Shown in pieces: positions 32,141 to 44,880 of a stretch of DNA of 64,000 nt. Source of the DNA: Macrostomum lignano (taxonomy: Eukaryota); NCBI GenBank assembly GCA_002269645.1, contig NIVC01000575.1:372001-436000 (forward strand), in the 5' to 3' direction. Position 1 is the first letter of the stretch. Every line of letters begins with the position of its first letter. The translations under genes and the position numbers were made by a program. The notes under the pieces are model-generated. The model saw nothing but the letters and a program-made list of their open reading frames with translations. It ran no database searches and had not been told where the DNA came from.

Positions 32141-32924
32141 CCCTGACTGTTCTGTGAGACACAACAGCCCCTTTATCGCCTATTTCACCTATAACAAGGT
32201 GCAGACAGAAAGGTTTACTGTGTGATTATCGCGGAAGTTTTTACCCACATATAATTAATAGGAGCCAGCAAGAGAATCGCACAATAAGCAACCCACTTCT
32301 CACTTGTTTTGTTAACCTACTTATTTTCAGGCGCTAATTTCACAGGTAGGAAGACCCTAAGATTCTGGGAAATATAAGTGAGCTGGATTTTCACACCTGG
32401 GAAGCTCTAGCGAGTTAAGTTAAGTGCAACAGAGTGTTAATAATAATAGTGGATGAGAAGGTAAACACAGCGGGTGGGCCACCTTAATTATCAGCTCCCG
32501 ACATCAGGTGCTAAATAGCGATCTTCTCAAGAATCCTCTGATGATCTAATCCTCAGACAGAGCCAGGGGCGTCGAGTCTCGGGAAAAAACGAGAAAATCT
32601 CTCACCTATTGAATCGAGAAAATCCAAATGAATTTTTCCCTACGTCGCTTCTTCTTCTCGGCTGGAATCCGAATCGATGCTGGGGCTTCGTCCTGTCTTG
32701 CCTTTTTTCGAATTCAGAGAGAGATTTCGGATGCAGGGCCGCGGGAATTTTCTAGGCGGGACCGCGGATCACTGGGGTGGGGGCAGTGGAGGCAGCCACC
32801 TCACTGCTCCGCCAGCGAATGAGAGTCCGCTGAGGGAGGAAGGGGACGGCAGCCGGGAGAAAGCAAGAATTATTGTGTAGCTTTCTGCTTCTGAGGCCGA
32901 ACCCAAATTGATCCTTCAGGGCCG

Positions 32925-33382
32925 CTGCTACCCTCCTTCAGCTACCATCCTTCAGCTACCCTCCTTTAGCTACCCTCCTCCAGCTACCCTCCTCCAGCTA
33001 CCTTCCTCCAGCTACCCTCCTCCAGCTACCCTCCTTCAGCTACCCTCCTCCAGCTACCCTCCTCCAGCTACCTTCCTCCAGCTACCCTCCTTCAGCGACC
33101 CTCCTTCAGCTACCCTCCTTCAGCTATCCTCCTCCAGCTACCTTCCTTCAGCTACCCTCCTCCAGCTACCCTCCTTCAGCTACCCTCCTTCAGCTACCCT
33201 CCTCCAGCTACCCTCCTTCAGCTACCCTCCTTCAGCTACCCTCCTTCAGCTACCCTCCTTCAGCTACCCTCCTTCAGCTACCCTCCTTCAGCTACCCTCC
33301 TTCAGCTACCCTTCAGCTACCCTCCTTCAGCTACCCTCCCCCAGCTACCCTCCTTCAGCTACCTTCCTCCAGCTACCCTCCC
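32925..33382. repeat. 14-bp cagctaccctcct(c/t) minisatellite
   Basis: Same unit as 37525-37735. Confidence 0.95.
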
Positions 33383-36300
33383 GCCCAAACGGCAGCAGAC
33401 GGCAGTTTTCTATCTCAAGCGCAGTGTTTTTATGGCTTTAAATTCCTCATTAATCGGAGCTGCAAACCATGAGGTCTGCAGTGACTCCGTTGCTGAAACT
33501 GGAAACCCAGCTGCACTTAGCCATTAGCTGCAGACTGGAAAAGACGTGGATTTTATATAAGACGTTTGAATTATCTTAGCTGATGGATGACGCATATGCA
33601 GGGGAGGACATTTGAGAACAAGAGGGGGTAGGAGGAACAGTAAGGAACTGGATTGATGGCTATCTAAATGCACCTGCGCGGGTCCATTAGTTTTTTTATG
33701 GTTATCAATTAGACAAATGCAGACCATTTGAGCAATGCCAAAAACTAGAAAAAACTTTGACAAATGAAAAAATGAAAATGTACAGAAATAAACGATTTCA
33801 AGACTTAGCCACATCTGTTTTATGCTTTTTTGTTAAAATAAAAAAAGATCCGAAATCCGAGTTTGTTTCTTCTGTTCAATTCCCAATTGTCATAACTCTG
33901 AAAATGACAAACAAATCGTTTATTTATTGAAATTTGGTAACCATGTAAGTCCGAGCTGCTGCTGCTGGAACTCGCATGTCCAACTGTTGTGTTAGACAAT
34001 TTATTGCGAACGTTTTTTAAATTGTCATTTTTGCCAATCAGAAAGCAGTTTAAAGAAGTTTGACTGCTAAAAATACAATTATGAGATGTTTATTTAACAG
34101 CAATATCATAATAATACAGAATGACTGACTTCAGTTTCGTTCGTGAATTTATAACAATAGTAATAATTAACATTTAAGGTAATCATATTGCTTGGTTGTA
34201 GAATTTCAATGTTCGTAACTGTGTTTAACTACTAAACATAGTCAACATAAGTAGTATAACAAAGATATTCCACATGCCGATGAAAACCCGAAAATAGCGG
34301 AGGCTGGTGAGAAATTCGCGAGTTTTATCGCCAAGCACGGTGGAGCTGGCCGGCGCCGGTTCGAAGAAAAACTCCGCGCCGCGATGCGTGTCCTTGGCGC
34401 TGCGCCTTGAGGATTTGAAATTGAGAACGAGAGAGCAAACATGTATCTATACCTGTTTAATAAAGAATACACATTATCTAGTTTTTAAATAAGAAACTAC
34501 GAATAAATGTAAAATTTGTTTTGGTCATTTAGGAAAACTGAATTTAAAGTTTTACTTCCAACAAGTTATATTTATGAATTGTAAAACACAATAACAAAAG
34601 GGTAAATTTTCTGTCGAGGCTATTAAGGGTTTAATGTAAGTCTGATCTGCAGGTAATTACTGTCGATCATATGTTATAGTATCTCAAATATTTTCACCAT
34701 AGGAAACAAGCTTTTAAATCATTAAATTAGCAAATAGATCAATATCCAAGTCAGACTTATGATGACAAAAGCAGCTGATGTACTTACAGTTTAAAATTCA
34801 GAATAGCGCAGGCATTTGCAAAGAGAGTTCTGGAATTAGAATAAGGATAATTAAGAATAATAAGAGACGTGTAATTTCCCAGAAATTTTACCTGACAATT
34901 TACAATTACATGTAATAAATTGTAGATTGCAGGACCAATAGAAGACTTCTATTTTATTATAGGAAACATTCCAAACTTCTACCTTTACTAAAAGAAAAGA
35001 AATTTAAACCAAAATCAGCTTTTTGATGGTTCTTGCCCAATCTATTCCGGGCGCTTTCTGAGTTACATCGCTTAATCTATACGGATTAACACTGCAACTA
35101 CGTTAATTTCTAGTGCACATCGACTGGTGTTGTTGCATACATGTGGACGGGTAACGCAAAAATAATAGAAGGAAGGGGTACTGGTAAAGGAAATTTTTAA
35201 TTGGTCAACTGTCTCCCTCTCGGCTCTGGATACAACTTTCATTCTGGGCGTAGAATTTAACTTTCAAGGCCCATGCTGTGTCAATATTCAACAATGGCCA
35301 ACGCCCATCATTACATACCATAAACCAGCACATACACATATATAAAATGCGAGCAACTTACATTGCGATGACAATGTCGGAAATCATTGCTGATCACTGA
35401 ATGTATTTACTTTGAAAGTACTATAGGTGATTCAAAGTTCAACAAATTCTTTGAAGATCGAAAGCGCCTTGACTGATCCGGTACGGCATTAAGCTGGAAA
35501 TTAATTCGAAGAAAGCCTCAAAGTTAAATTTTGCCTTTTTGGTTAAGTAAAGCAAAATATCTGGATTAAAATACAATTAACCGTAGAATACAGTATTATT
35601 AATTCACAAAACTTTTTTATAAAACGTCTTACTCTCTCAAAAAACAAATTCTAAAGATGCCATTTAATGTTTCCATCGCAACAGAGAAAAGTGTGCTTCA
35701 CCCCTTTCGAATTAATTCGAATCGCGGCTTTAACATTTACAATTTAAAGGATGGCATTTTGCTTACAATACATGAATACGAGCTAGTCTTATTGGCTATA
35801 GTACAGTCTTAATAGTGAGAAATGTTAACGAGCTTGAAACTAATTAATTTTCTAATTCTGCAATCGAAATTATTCGCACCTTTTATGTCTTAACTAAGAC
35901 ATAAAATGGTTTCGTATTTGATTTTTGTTCAATCAAGCGACATGGAAACATTCAACAAGAAAATTAGCTTGGTGGTCAAAACGGAATGTCAAAAATAGAT
36001 TACTATAGATTAAGCAAACTGCCTTTTCATATAATCTTGAATGATTTTTAAAATTATTGTGGTCGGTACATAACTTTTTGTTATGTGTATTTGATTACAT
36101 GTATAACTGTGTATGAGACTATGAGTGTGTATTTATAAAAACCTAAAATTCGTAATTGTTATATAAAAATTAAATTGACCGAAACATCTTATTTTTTATT
36201 TTTTGAGTAATTGAAATATTCATTTTGATTTATTTCATATTTAGGTTCCTTTACAAAACGAACAAGTATAAATTAGGAATCAAATTAAAAGTACGTCAAA

Positions 36301-36906
36301 TTATTTCAAACCAAATACATAAATAAAGGTTCCTGAACCTAAGCTGGAGCAGATAGTGGGGTTCCATATTGTTGATATTCATAATTTTTAGCTTTTCTTC
36401 TAGCATTAGATACAGGATCAGAGTTGAAATATTAGCCATTAACTTCAGGGTTAGTTTCCAGAAATTTTTTGTGAAGCAACTAAAAACCAGAATATTCGAA
36501 AAAATTTATTTAATGTTTTATGCAAAAAGTCAAGGCCCATTTTCGGCCAAGAGCTGAAGGGGCCATATGGCCCCATTTGGGCCCTCCCTGAGGGGTCTAC
36601 CACATATTAATTTAGTTTAGGATTAGTTATAAAGTTTTAGTATGTGGATTTTAGGTATACCAAAATTTTAGTCATTTATTAGTTATCAGAGAATAAAAAT
36701 AGCATGAAATTAACACAATAGCTCGTATTTAAACTGAAAATTTCTCGATAACTTTAATTTATTGCAGTTGAAATACTGATTTTGAAAATGCTCGTATTTT
36801 TAATTTGAAAGCAGAAAACTACAGCAAATTCCTTTGGAAATTTTTTTCATGAAATTTTCCAAACGCTGGACTAGGCCGTGCAAGCTGAAGTGTTAAAAAG
36901 TACACC

Positions 36907-39900
36907 ATGCACTCAGCCGCCAGGAAAAGCGCCGTCAGCGGCGTCAGCACCGGCGCTGGGAGCAGCCGTCAACGCCAATCGGCCAAACGGCACCAGCGGC
37001 CGGACTGCAGTTTCCTGTTCTTCCAGCAGCGCCACCCCAGGGCTGGACAGCGGCGGACAAAGAAATCGCCGGACGAGCTGCCGTCCATGGCCCGCATTGG
37101 TGGCCTGCAGCAGCGGCTCGTGTCCTCTGCATCTTCTGCATCTCCAGCTGCCGACCCCGATGTGGCGCCATCGCCGGTGCCAGTCAGCGGCTCCCTGCAG
37201 GTGCCGGAGCCGGCGAAACCGGACGAATCGATTGGGGCCGAGGCTTCAGCGGCGGCGGTGTCAGCAGTGGAAGACTGGGACGAGCAGCGGCGAGTTTACA
37301 ACGCCTGGCGTCTGGAGAGCACCGGCCTGCTCGGGCGGCTCGGCGACGTCATGGACGCGATGCCGTCTGCGGGTGGCACCTCCGGCAGGTCGCATCGCCG
37401 GCAAGGCAAGCTGCCTCGGTACTTGGAGCTGCGGCTGTGCGAGTCCTGGGCTCAGCTGACCGCCGACTGCAAGCAGGTGCGGCTCTCAAATCTCTGCAGA
37501 AATTAGCAGCTTCTTTGCATTCTCACCACCCTCCTCCAGCTACCCTCCTCCAGCTACCCTCCTCCAGCTACCCTCCTCCATCCACCCTCTTTCAGCTACC
37601 CTCCTTCATCCACCCTCTTTCAGCTACCCTCCTCCAGCTACCCTCCTCCATCCACCCTCTTTCAGCTACCCTCCTTCAGCTACCCTCCTCCAGCTACCCT
37701 CCTTCAGCTACCCTCCTTCAGCTACCCCCTTCAGATATCAAGGTCTTGATTTGTCGCCTTCGAATCCACTGTGGCCTAACAAGACGTGATATTTTGATCA
37801 CTCTATCACACTAATCATTGCCCGAATGATTTTTTTTCATAAAATTTTCATTAAAAATCCCACCCGGCAGGAGCACCGGCAGTGGCAGACGCCCGCTTGT
37901 CTGGAGGAGAGCCGGCGGCGCCAGGCGGAGGACGCCGAGCGCGAATCGCGCCGCGCCGCCCAACGCGCCGAGAATGACAGCCTGCTGATGCGCGACGGTT
38001 CTCGCTCGCGGATGTCCCGGATCGCCTCGGCCTCCGGAGACGCCGCCGACCGGCGCACTGTCCGCCTGAGCCAGGCCTCAGCAGCGCCGACAGCGGCAGC
38101 GGCGGCGGCGTCCGTCAAGAAGTCGGCCCGCTCTCGCGGCGGCGCCCTCCAAGAGCAGGCCATCGCCGAGGGGCCCGAGCACTCGACCGGAAATCCGGCA
38201 AAATCGGCCGACCACCACCCGACAGACACCCTGTCTTTCTCGCTGGTGTCCAAGGAGTCGCTGAAGAACGGCTGGCTGCAGAATTTCAATCAGCGCCTGA
38301 TTGAAGACAAACTGCAGAGCGCGCTGGTCAAACTGAGGCTGGCCGGACACGCGCCTGGGTCTGTCCCAACTGGCCTGTCTGTCCCAACTGGCCTGTCTGT
38401 CCCAACTGGCCTGTCTGTCCCAACTGGCCTGTCTGTCCCAACTGGCCTGTCTGTCCCAACTGGCCTGTCTGTCCCAACTGGCCTGTCTGTCCCAACTGGC
38501 CTGTCTGTCCCAACTGGCCTGTCTGTCCCAACTGGCCTGTCTGTCCCAACTGGCCTGTCTGTCCCAACTGGCCTGTCTGTCCCAACTGGCCTGTCTGTCC
38601 CAACTGGCCTGTCTGTCCCAACTGGCCTGTCTGTCCCAACTGGCCTGTCTGTCCCAACTGGCCTGTCTGTCCCAACTGGCCTGTCTGTCCCAACTGGCCT
38701 GTCTATCTTGTTAGCCGGTCTGTACTAAGCAGAAAAGGATAAACTCAATACATTTTCCATCTCATTAGGAATCGAACCACGGACCAGCACCTGCAGCAGC
38801 AGCAGCTGGAGCTGCAGTTCTACGCAGCCGGGGCCCCGTCCTACCGGCCGCCGCGACCCCGCCGGCTCCAGCCGGCCGAGCTGGTGGACCCGGACACCCT
38901 GCTGCCCAGGCCAGTCGCTCCGCCCGACGTCAGCGCCAAGCGGGCCTTCGCCGATCGTCTGGTCGAAGCCGCCGCCGCTGTCGCCTCAGCTTCATCGTCC
39001 GGGCCATCGGGGCTCCCCCTCCTGACCGAAGACGAGGCCCGGCTGCTCAGGCGGCGCTTCAAGACCGACTGGCCGGCCATGCGCGAGGCCGTCCTGCAGG
39101 CGATGCTGGCGCCGCCGCCGATGCCGGCAAAATCTGCGGCGCATCAGGCGGCCGCCGCCGCCGCCGCCGCTGCCGCCGCGAGCACCTCGGAGGAGTCGGC
39201 GCTGAACAACCTGCTGACCGTCGAGTTGCCATCTCGCTACAGCAGCCTCGGCGGTGGACGCCTCATCCAGTGCCGCCTGCCAGACGGTGGCACCGTCGTG
39301 CTGTACCCGTCGGGCAGGCCGGCGCTGCTCGCCTGCGGCTGGTCGGGTGCCGTTGTGGCCCTGAACGACTCGCTGGAGCGTCAGGGCAGCCACCTGCTTG
39401 CGAGCGTCACCGCGTCCGCCTGCGGCTTTGTGCGCTCGATGGATCCGACAGAGCCGACGTTCACTTGCACCCAGGCTGTGGCCCAGCTGCAGGTGCGCCG
39501 GGATGTCAGATTTTAAGTTTTGGAATATTTTTAGATCGAGGTTGAAGTCAGTAGCTTCAAATTGCTCATCTGAGACCCAAACCCCCTGTTTGGATCAGGG
39601 AGGGTGGCTCAGCAACTGAGGATTTGGGAGGCTGGCCCAGCAACTGAGGATCTGGGAGGCTGGTGGTCCAGCAACTGAGGATCTGGGAGGCTGGTGGTCC
39701 AGCAACTGAGGATCTGGGAGGCTGGTGGTCCAGCAACTGAGGATCTGGGAGGCTGGGGTGGGTGGCCGAGTCCACGCTTGGCAATTTTTCTGTATGCAGG
39801 CCAAGCAAAGCTGCTGAAGTCCAAGTACCCCTCCTCTAACCGCAGGACCCCCTGACCGGCCGGGTGCTGAAGCGGCTGGCCTGGCCCTCGGATCCGCGAG

Positions 39901-42900
39901 CGAAGCTGCCAATCAATCTGCAGGTGCGCCTGAACTCCTGCCTGACATTCGTGTGCTCGGGCCGAGCTGACATGACCTTCGCGTTCCAGGCAGAGGGTCG
40001 CTCTGCCCAGCTGGCTGTCGGCTTCTGCGCCGAGCGGGAGGCGGCCGTCAGGCAGCGGTGCATCGATCGCCATGGCAACCCGTTGGTGAGACGTCCGAAA
40101 GTTTACGGGGTTGACTTTCCGAGGTGCCATTTCAAACTGTTTGAAGTCCCATTTTACAACATAGAAGTTCCACTTTGATTTGACAGTTTGTGGGTCACTG
40201 ATTTATGTATGATTTATGTCTGCCTCATGTACATGATGTATCCCTAATATATGTCAGCCTTTATGTATTTTTAATCAAGGTTCTTCATCTCTGGCTCTGC
40301 ATTTAAAGCGTTCGTAAAGAAAAACCTAGTAAGGCTTTTGATTCTGATGAATTTTCACTGTCTTAAAATTGGTTTCACTGTCAGTTTTTATCTGTTTGTG
40401 TATTCACAGCGTCTAACGAGCAACTACCTGTGTTCACACTGCTGTCGCCAGCTGTCATATTGTTAACTTTATAGTATGTACATGCAAAAGTACATTTCAT
40501 TGGAAGAGCATAGTGCTGTTAGTTCATGGTTAACACAAAAGTACATGACGCACTTCTACCCCATATATAAACAGATTGGACTCAGCGAATCGCTGAAAAT
40601 CGACGGAGATAAAGAAACGGTGCTATGGAAGTCTGAGACAGCAAAGCGGCTGGTTGCAAAAGCGAAGCAGATGCGAAAGCAGCAGCAACAGCAGCAGCAG
40701 CAGCAGCAACAACAGCTGCAATATCAGCTGGCCAGAAGACCGGCGGTAAGACCAATTTAGTGCAGAAGTCGTTCTGTGATATGAAACTTTAAAACGAATG
40801 CGATTAAAGGATTTGTTAAATGATATCAAAGAAATAAACTTGCATTTTTATATATGTGAAGGAAAATGTCGGATTGGCTAATGTTCATTGTCAGGGGGAA
40901 GCAAAGTATCGGAGTAACCAATGTACATTGCTTGGGGGAAGAAAAATACGGAGTGGCCAATGTACATCGCTAGGTCGCTAGGGGGGGGGTGGAGAAAAAA
41001 TATCGGAGTGGTCAATGTACCTTGCTTGGGGGAAGGAAAATATCGGTGTCGCTAATGTAAATCGCTAGAGGGAAAGAACAAATCAGTGTGGCTAATGTAC
41101 ATCGCTAGGGGAAGGAAAATATAGGAGTGGCTAATGTACATCGCTAGAGGGAAGGAAAATATAGGAGTGGCTAATGTACACTGCTTGGGGGAAGGAAAAT
41201 AGAGGAGTGACTAATGTACATCGCTAGCGGAAAGAAAAAGAAGAGTATTTGAGTCAAGAACTTGTGTTTTAGGAAGAAAAAGAGAACAAATCAAGTACGC
41301 TCGTAAATAGCTAATTGGAGAAGTAAATTTTCGATGAGTAGAGGAAATTAGTCAATATTTTTCCTAAATCTGTCATCACTAAGGACTCCGCCAAGTCCGG
41401 CGCCACAGAGTTCTCAGCCGCGTCTTCCGGGGGAACTGGCAGCGGTGGCAGCGGCAGCGACTTGACCGTGAGAGACTCGGACCTCGAGGAGACTCGAGCT
41501 CGAATTCGCGGCATCTGCGATTCCTGGCTGGAGGCATACAGGCAGCGCCTGGGTGTCGCTCCTCCAGCACCGCCGCCACCGTCGCAGCCCCAGCAGCTGC
41601 CGCTGTCATCGAGGACGCCGAGGCCGGTTCAGTCGGCCGCCCCGGCGACGGCTCAGCGCAGCTCCACCGCGGGACGGCGCTCCGTCCAGGCGCCGCCGCG
41701 GTTGCCCTCGGCGCCACCGACTGCCGCGTCTGGCGTCGGCGTCGGCGCGCTTCGACAGTCGGCGCCAGCGGCGCCATCGACTGCGACGAGCGCCACAGCG
41801 GCGGCGTCGGCCAACTCCCTGGCCGAAGCCCTGGAGTCTGCGGCGTGTCCGACCACAGCCAGGCAGCTGCTGATCGCGGCGGGGGCTGCTGGCGGAACTT
41901 CCGGCTTTGTTGGCTTGAATCGATGCGGATGCGGCCTTCAGGTGAGCCTAGCAAGCGTTTTTGTGCGCTTCCCTCTGCTATCCAATGTGTGGAACTGCTT
42001 CCCTCCGCTATCCAATGTGTGAAACTGCTTCCCTCCGCTATCCAATAAGTGGAACTGCTTCCCTCCGCTATCCAATGTGTGGAACTGCTTCCCTCTGCTA
42101 TCCAATGAGTGGAACTGTTTCCCTCCGCTATCCAATGTGTGGAACTGCTTCCCTCCGCTATCCAATGTGTGGAACTGCTTCCCTCCGCTATCCAATGTGT
42201 GGAACTGCTTCCCTCCGCTATCCAATGTGTGGAACTGCTTCCCTCCGCTATCCAATGTGTGGAACTGCTTCCCTCCGCTATCCAATGTGTGGAACTGCTT
42301 CCCTCCGCTATCCAATAAGTGGAACTGCTTCCCTCCGCTATCCAATAAGTGGAACTGCTTCCCTCCGCTATCCAATGTGTGGAACTGCTTCCCTCCGCTA
42401 TCCAATGTGTGGAACTGCTTCCCTCCGCTATCCAATGTGTGGAACTGCTTCCCTCTGCTATCCAATGAGTGGAACTGTTTCCTTCCCCTTTCCAATGTGT
42501 GGAACTGCTTCCCTCCGCTATCCAATGTGTGGAACTGCTTCCCTCCGCTATCCAATGTGTGGAACTGCTTCCCTCTGCTATCCAATGTATGGAACTGCTT
42601 CCCTCCGCTATCCAATGTGTGGAACTGCTTCCCTCTGCTATCCAATGAGTGGAACTGTTTCCCTCCGCTATCCAATGTGTGGAACTGCTTCCCTCCGCTA
42701 TCCAATGTGTGGAACTGCTTCCCTCCGCTATCCAATGTGTGGAACTGCTTCCCTCCGCTATCCAATGTGTGGAACTGCTTCCCTCTGCTATCCAATGTAT
42801 GGAACTGCTTCCCTCCGCTATCCAATGTGTGGAACTGCTTCCCTCCGCTATCCAATAAGTGGAACTGCTTCCCTCCGCTATCCAATGTGTGGAACTGCTT

Positions 42901-44147
42901 CCCTTCGATAAATAATGTGTTAAAATTTTTCCCTCCGCTCTCCACTGTCTCACCGTCTTCACCCTAAAGGTCCCCAGCCTGACGGACCTCGAGCTCGACG
43001 CGTTCATCGAGGCGCAGGGCCGGCGAAATCCCGATCAACTCTTGGTTGTCATGGTAACGCACTCCAATTCCGACTCGTCAGAGGCGGCGCGCCGCGCCGA
43101 TTCCCTGCTGCGCCAGTACGCCTCAGCTAATAGAAATCGGCGCCGCGGCGCCACGGCGCCCTGTCTGGCCGCGGCGCGTGACAATTTTCGAATGCTGGCC
43201 TACGACCTGGGCGCCGCTGCGGCCACCACGGCGTGCACCTATCCGGAGCTGTTGGTGCGGCACAACCTGCGGGTTGGGGACGCTCTGGTGTACCGGCAGG
43301 GCCGCATCATGTTCGCTGGCGCGCTCGCCGGGCCCGAGCAGCTGCGGCGCCAGCTGGCCGAGTGCCGGCGCCTCGGGCAGCGCGGCTGTCCGGGCCTGCC
43401 GCGCGACTTCCGGCTGTCCACTTCTGCCTGGGATTGCCGCCGGGAGGATCCGGCGAGCGAGACGGCCGCTTTGATTGGCGGCGTTGCCATGGAGACGGGA
43501 ACAAATAGGTTAGTTAATAGTGCAGTAAACGCGATTCACAGCCATGAGGCCCAACCCCAGGGCGCAGAGAGTGTACATGCCTGACGGTTAGAAAGTCAGG
43601 ACCGCTGTACACTCTGTGTGAGCGCGTGTATGACTGCGAGCCTGCGTACAGTATTCGAGCGCTTGTGTGTGTTCAGGAGTCTCAAGAGAATTGGGCAGAA
43701 TTGTGCCAGGGGGGGGGGCATAACCCTCTTGCGAAAATTTATTTCTTTGTATACTACATTTAGCTCGTAAGTTAGGTGACTGTTGTCAATTCTTGGCCAC
43801 CTTTTGTCGAAAGCTTTCAGTAAATGAGAAGTATTTGTACTCTATGAACTTGAAATAGATAGACTGAAATGTAGAAAGGGAGTGAAACGTTTTGTAATTC
43901 GCATTGCAGAGCGGTCACACTGGATGCTCTGACTGTGCTGTCAGCCAGCGACAATCACCCGATGCTGTCTTGCGGTCTGCCGAAAATTCGATGACATGCC
44001 GAATACAAAATCTGTCTACAAGTCTTCTTTCTACCTTGGAAAATATCAATGTGCAGCTTAGCCTAACCAATCTATTTTATCATTTTTAGTTGTGCTTCCT
44101 ATGATGTCACGTCTGCGTGTTCCAACGAAGCGTGTTCACTTATATGA
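36907..44147 (+). CDS. C3orf20-like / FAM194 (ERICH6-family) domain protein, ~1115 aa; join(36907..37476,37871..38358,38769..39492,39846..40085,40575..40745,41384..41941,42970..43508,44090..44147)
   Basis: FAM194-like segment (LPDGGTVVLYPSGRPALL...DPLTGRVLKRLAWP...LPINLQVRLNSCLTFVCSGRADMTFAF...AQLAVG) and a C3orf20-like C-terminal block (DNFRMLAYDL, LLVRHNLRVGDALVYRQGRIMFAG, LRRQL..CR...LPRDFRLS). All GT-AG junctions are phase-consistent and the total is 3348 nt (divisible by 3). Family assignment is from memory. The terminal exon is uncertain (alternative: read-through to stop at 43584). Confidence 0.78.
37525..37735. repeat. 14-bp cagctaccctcct minisatellite in C3orf20-like intron 1
   Basis: Same family as 32925-33382. 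Confidence 0.92.
38359..38705. repeat. 18-bp gtctgtcccaactggcct perfect array (~19 copies) starting at the intron 2 donor
   Basis: Direct inspection. Confidence 0.98.
39605..39760. repeat. 29-30-bp cagcaactgaggatctgggaggctgg array
   Basis: Same family as 55225-55745. Confidence 0.9.
40855..41235. repeat. Degenerate ~39-bp ggggaaggaaaatataggagtggctaatgtacatcgcta array
   Basis: About 9 copies. Confidence 0.85.
41968..42915. repeat. 30-bp ttccctccgctatccaatgtgtggaactgc minisatellite (~31 copies) filling intron 6
   Basis: Direct inspection. Confidence 0.98.
43535..43720 (+). mobile_element. 5'-truncated copy of SINE family A
   Basis: agtgtacatgcct...tgtacactc...gtatgactgcg...gcgcttgtgtg...tcagg...gggcag...gccaggggg aligns with ~30710-30860. 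Confidence 0.65.
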
Positions 44148-44169
44148 AACAAGCGGCCCTACGACCACT

Positions 44170-44880
44170 GCCCCAGTCAAGCACGGATCCCCAACCCCCA
44201 ACCCCTCTGCCCCAATCAGCCACAGATCCCAACCCCCAACCCCTCTGCCCCAATCAGCCACAGATCCCAACCCCCAACCCCTCTGCCCCAATCAGCCACA
44301 GATCCCAACCCCCAACCCCTCTGCCCCAATCAGCCACAGATCACAACCCCCAACCCCTCTGCCCCAATCAGCCACAGACCCCAACCCCCAACCCCTCTGC
44401 CCCAATCAGCCACAGAACCCTCAACCCCCAACCCCTCTGCCCCAATCAGCCACAGACCCCAACCCCCAACCCCTCTGCCCCAATCAGCCACAAACCCCAA
44501 CCCCCAACCCCTCTGCCCCAATCAGCCACAGACCCCAACTCCCAACCCCTCTGCCCCAATCAGCCACAGACCCCAACCCCAACCCCTCTGCCCCAATCAG
44601 CCACAGATCCCAACCCCCAACCCCTCTGCCCCAATCAGCCACAGAACCCTCAACCCCCAACCCCTCTGCCCCAATCAGCCACAGAACCCTCAACCCCAAC
44701 CCCTCTGCCCCAATCAGCCACAGAACCCTCAACCCCCAACCCCTCTGCCCCAATCAGCCACAGACCCCAACCCCAACCCCTCTGCCCCAATCAGCCACAG
44801 ACCCCAACCCCCAACCCCTCTGCCCCAATCAGCCACAGACCCCAACCCCCAAACCCTCTGCCCCAGTCAGGCATGGACCC
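44170..44880. repeat. ~37-40-bp ccaacccccaacccctctgccccaatcagccacaga minisatellite
   Basis: Direct inspection; starts shortly after the predicted C3orf20-like stop. Confidence 0.96.

Noticed and set aside
36540-36600. piggyBac/Kolobok-like terminus near ggggccatatggcccc
   Set aside because: No TTAA-flanked end or partner terminus could be found.
38328-38693. Collagen-like Gly-X-Y ORF (GQTGQL)n on the minus strand
   Set aside because: Antisense reading of the intronic 18-mer; non-ATG start, perfectly identical units, no Pro and no flanking exons.
41379-43007. 542-aa minus-strand ORF and the overlapping 296-335-aa repeat ORFs
   Set aside because: Composed of the 30-bp array plus the antisense shadow of a GC-rich plus-strand exon.
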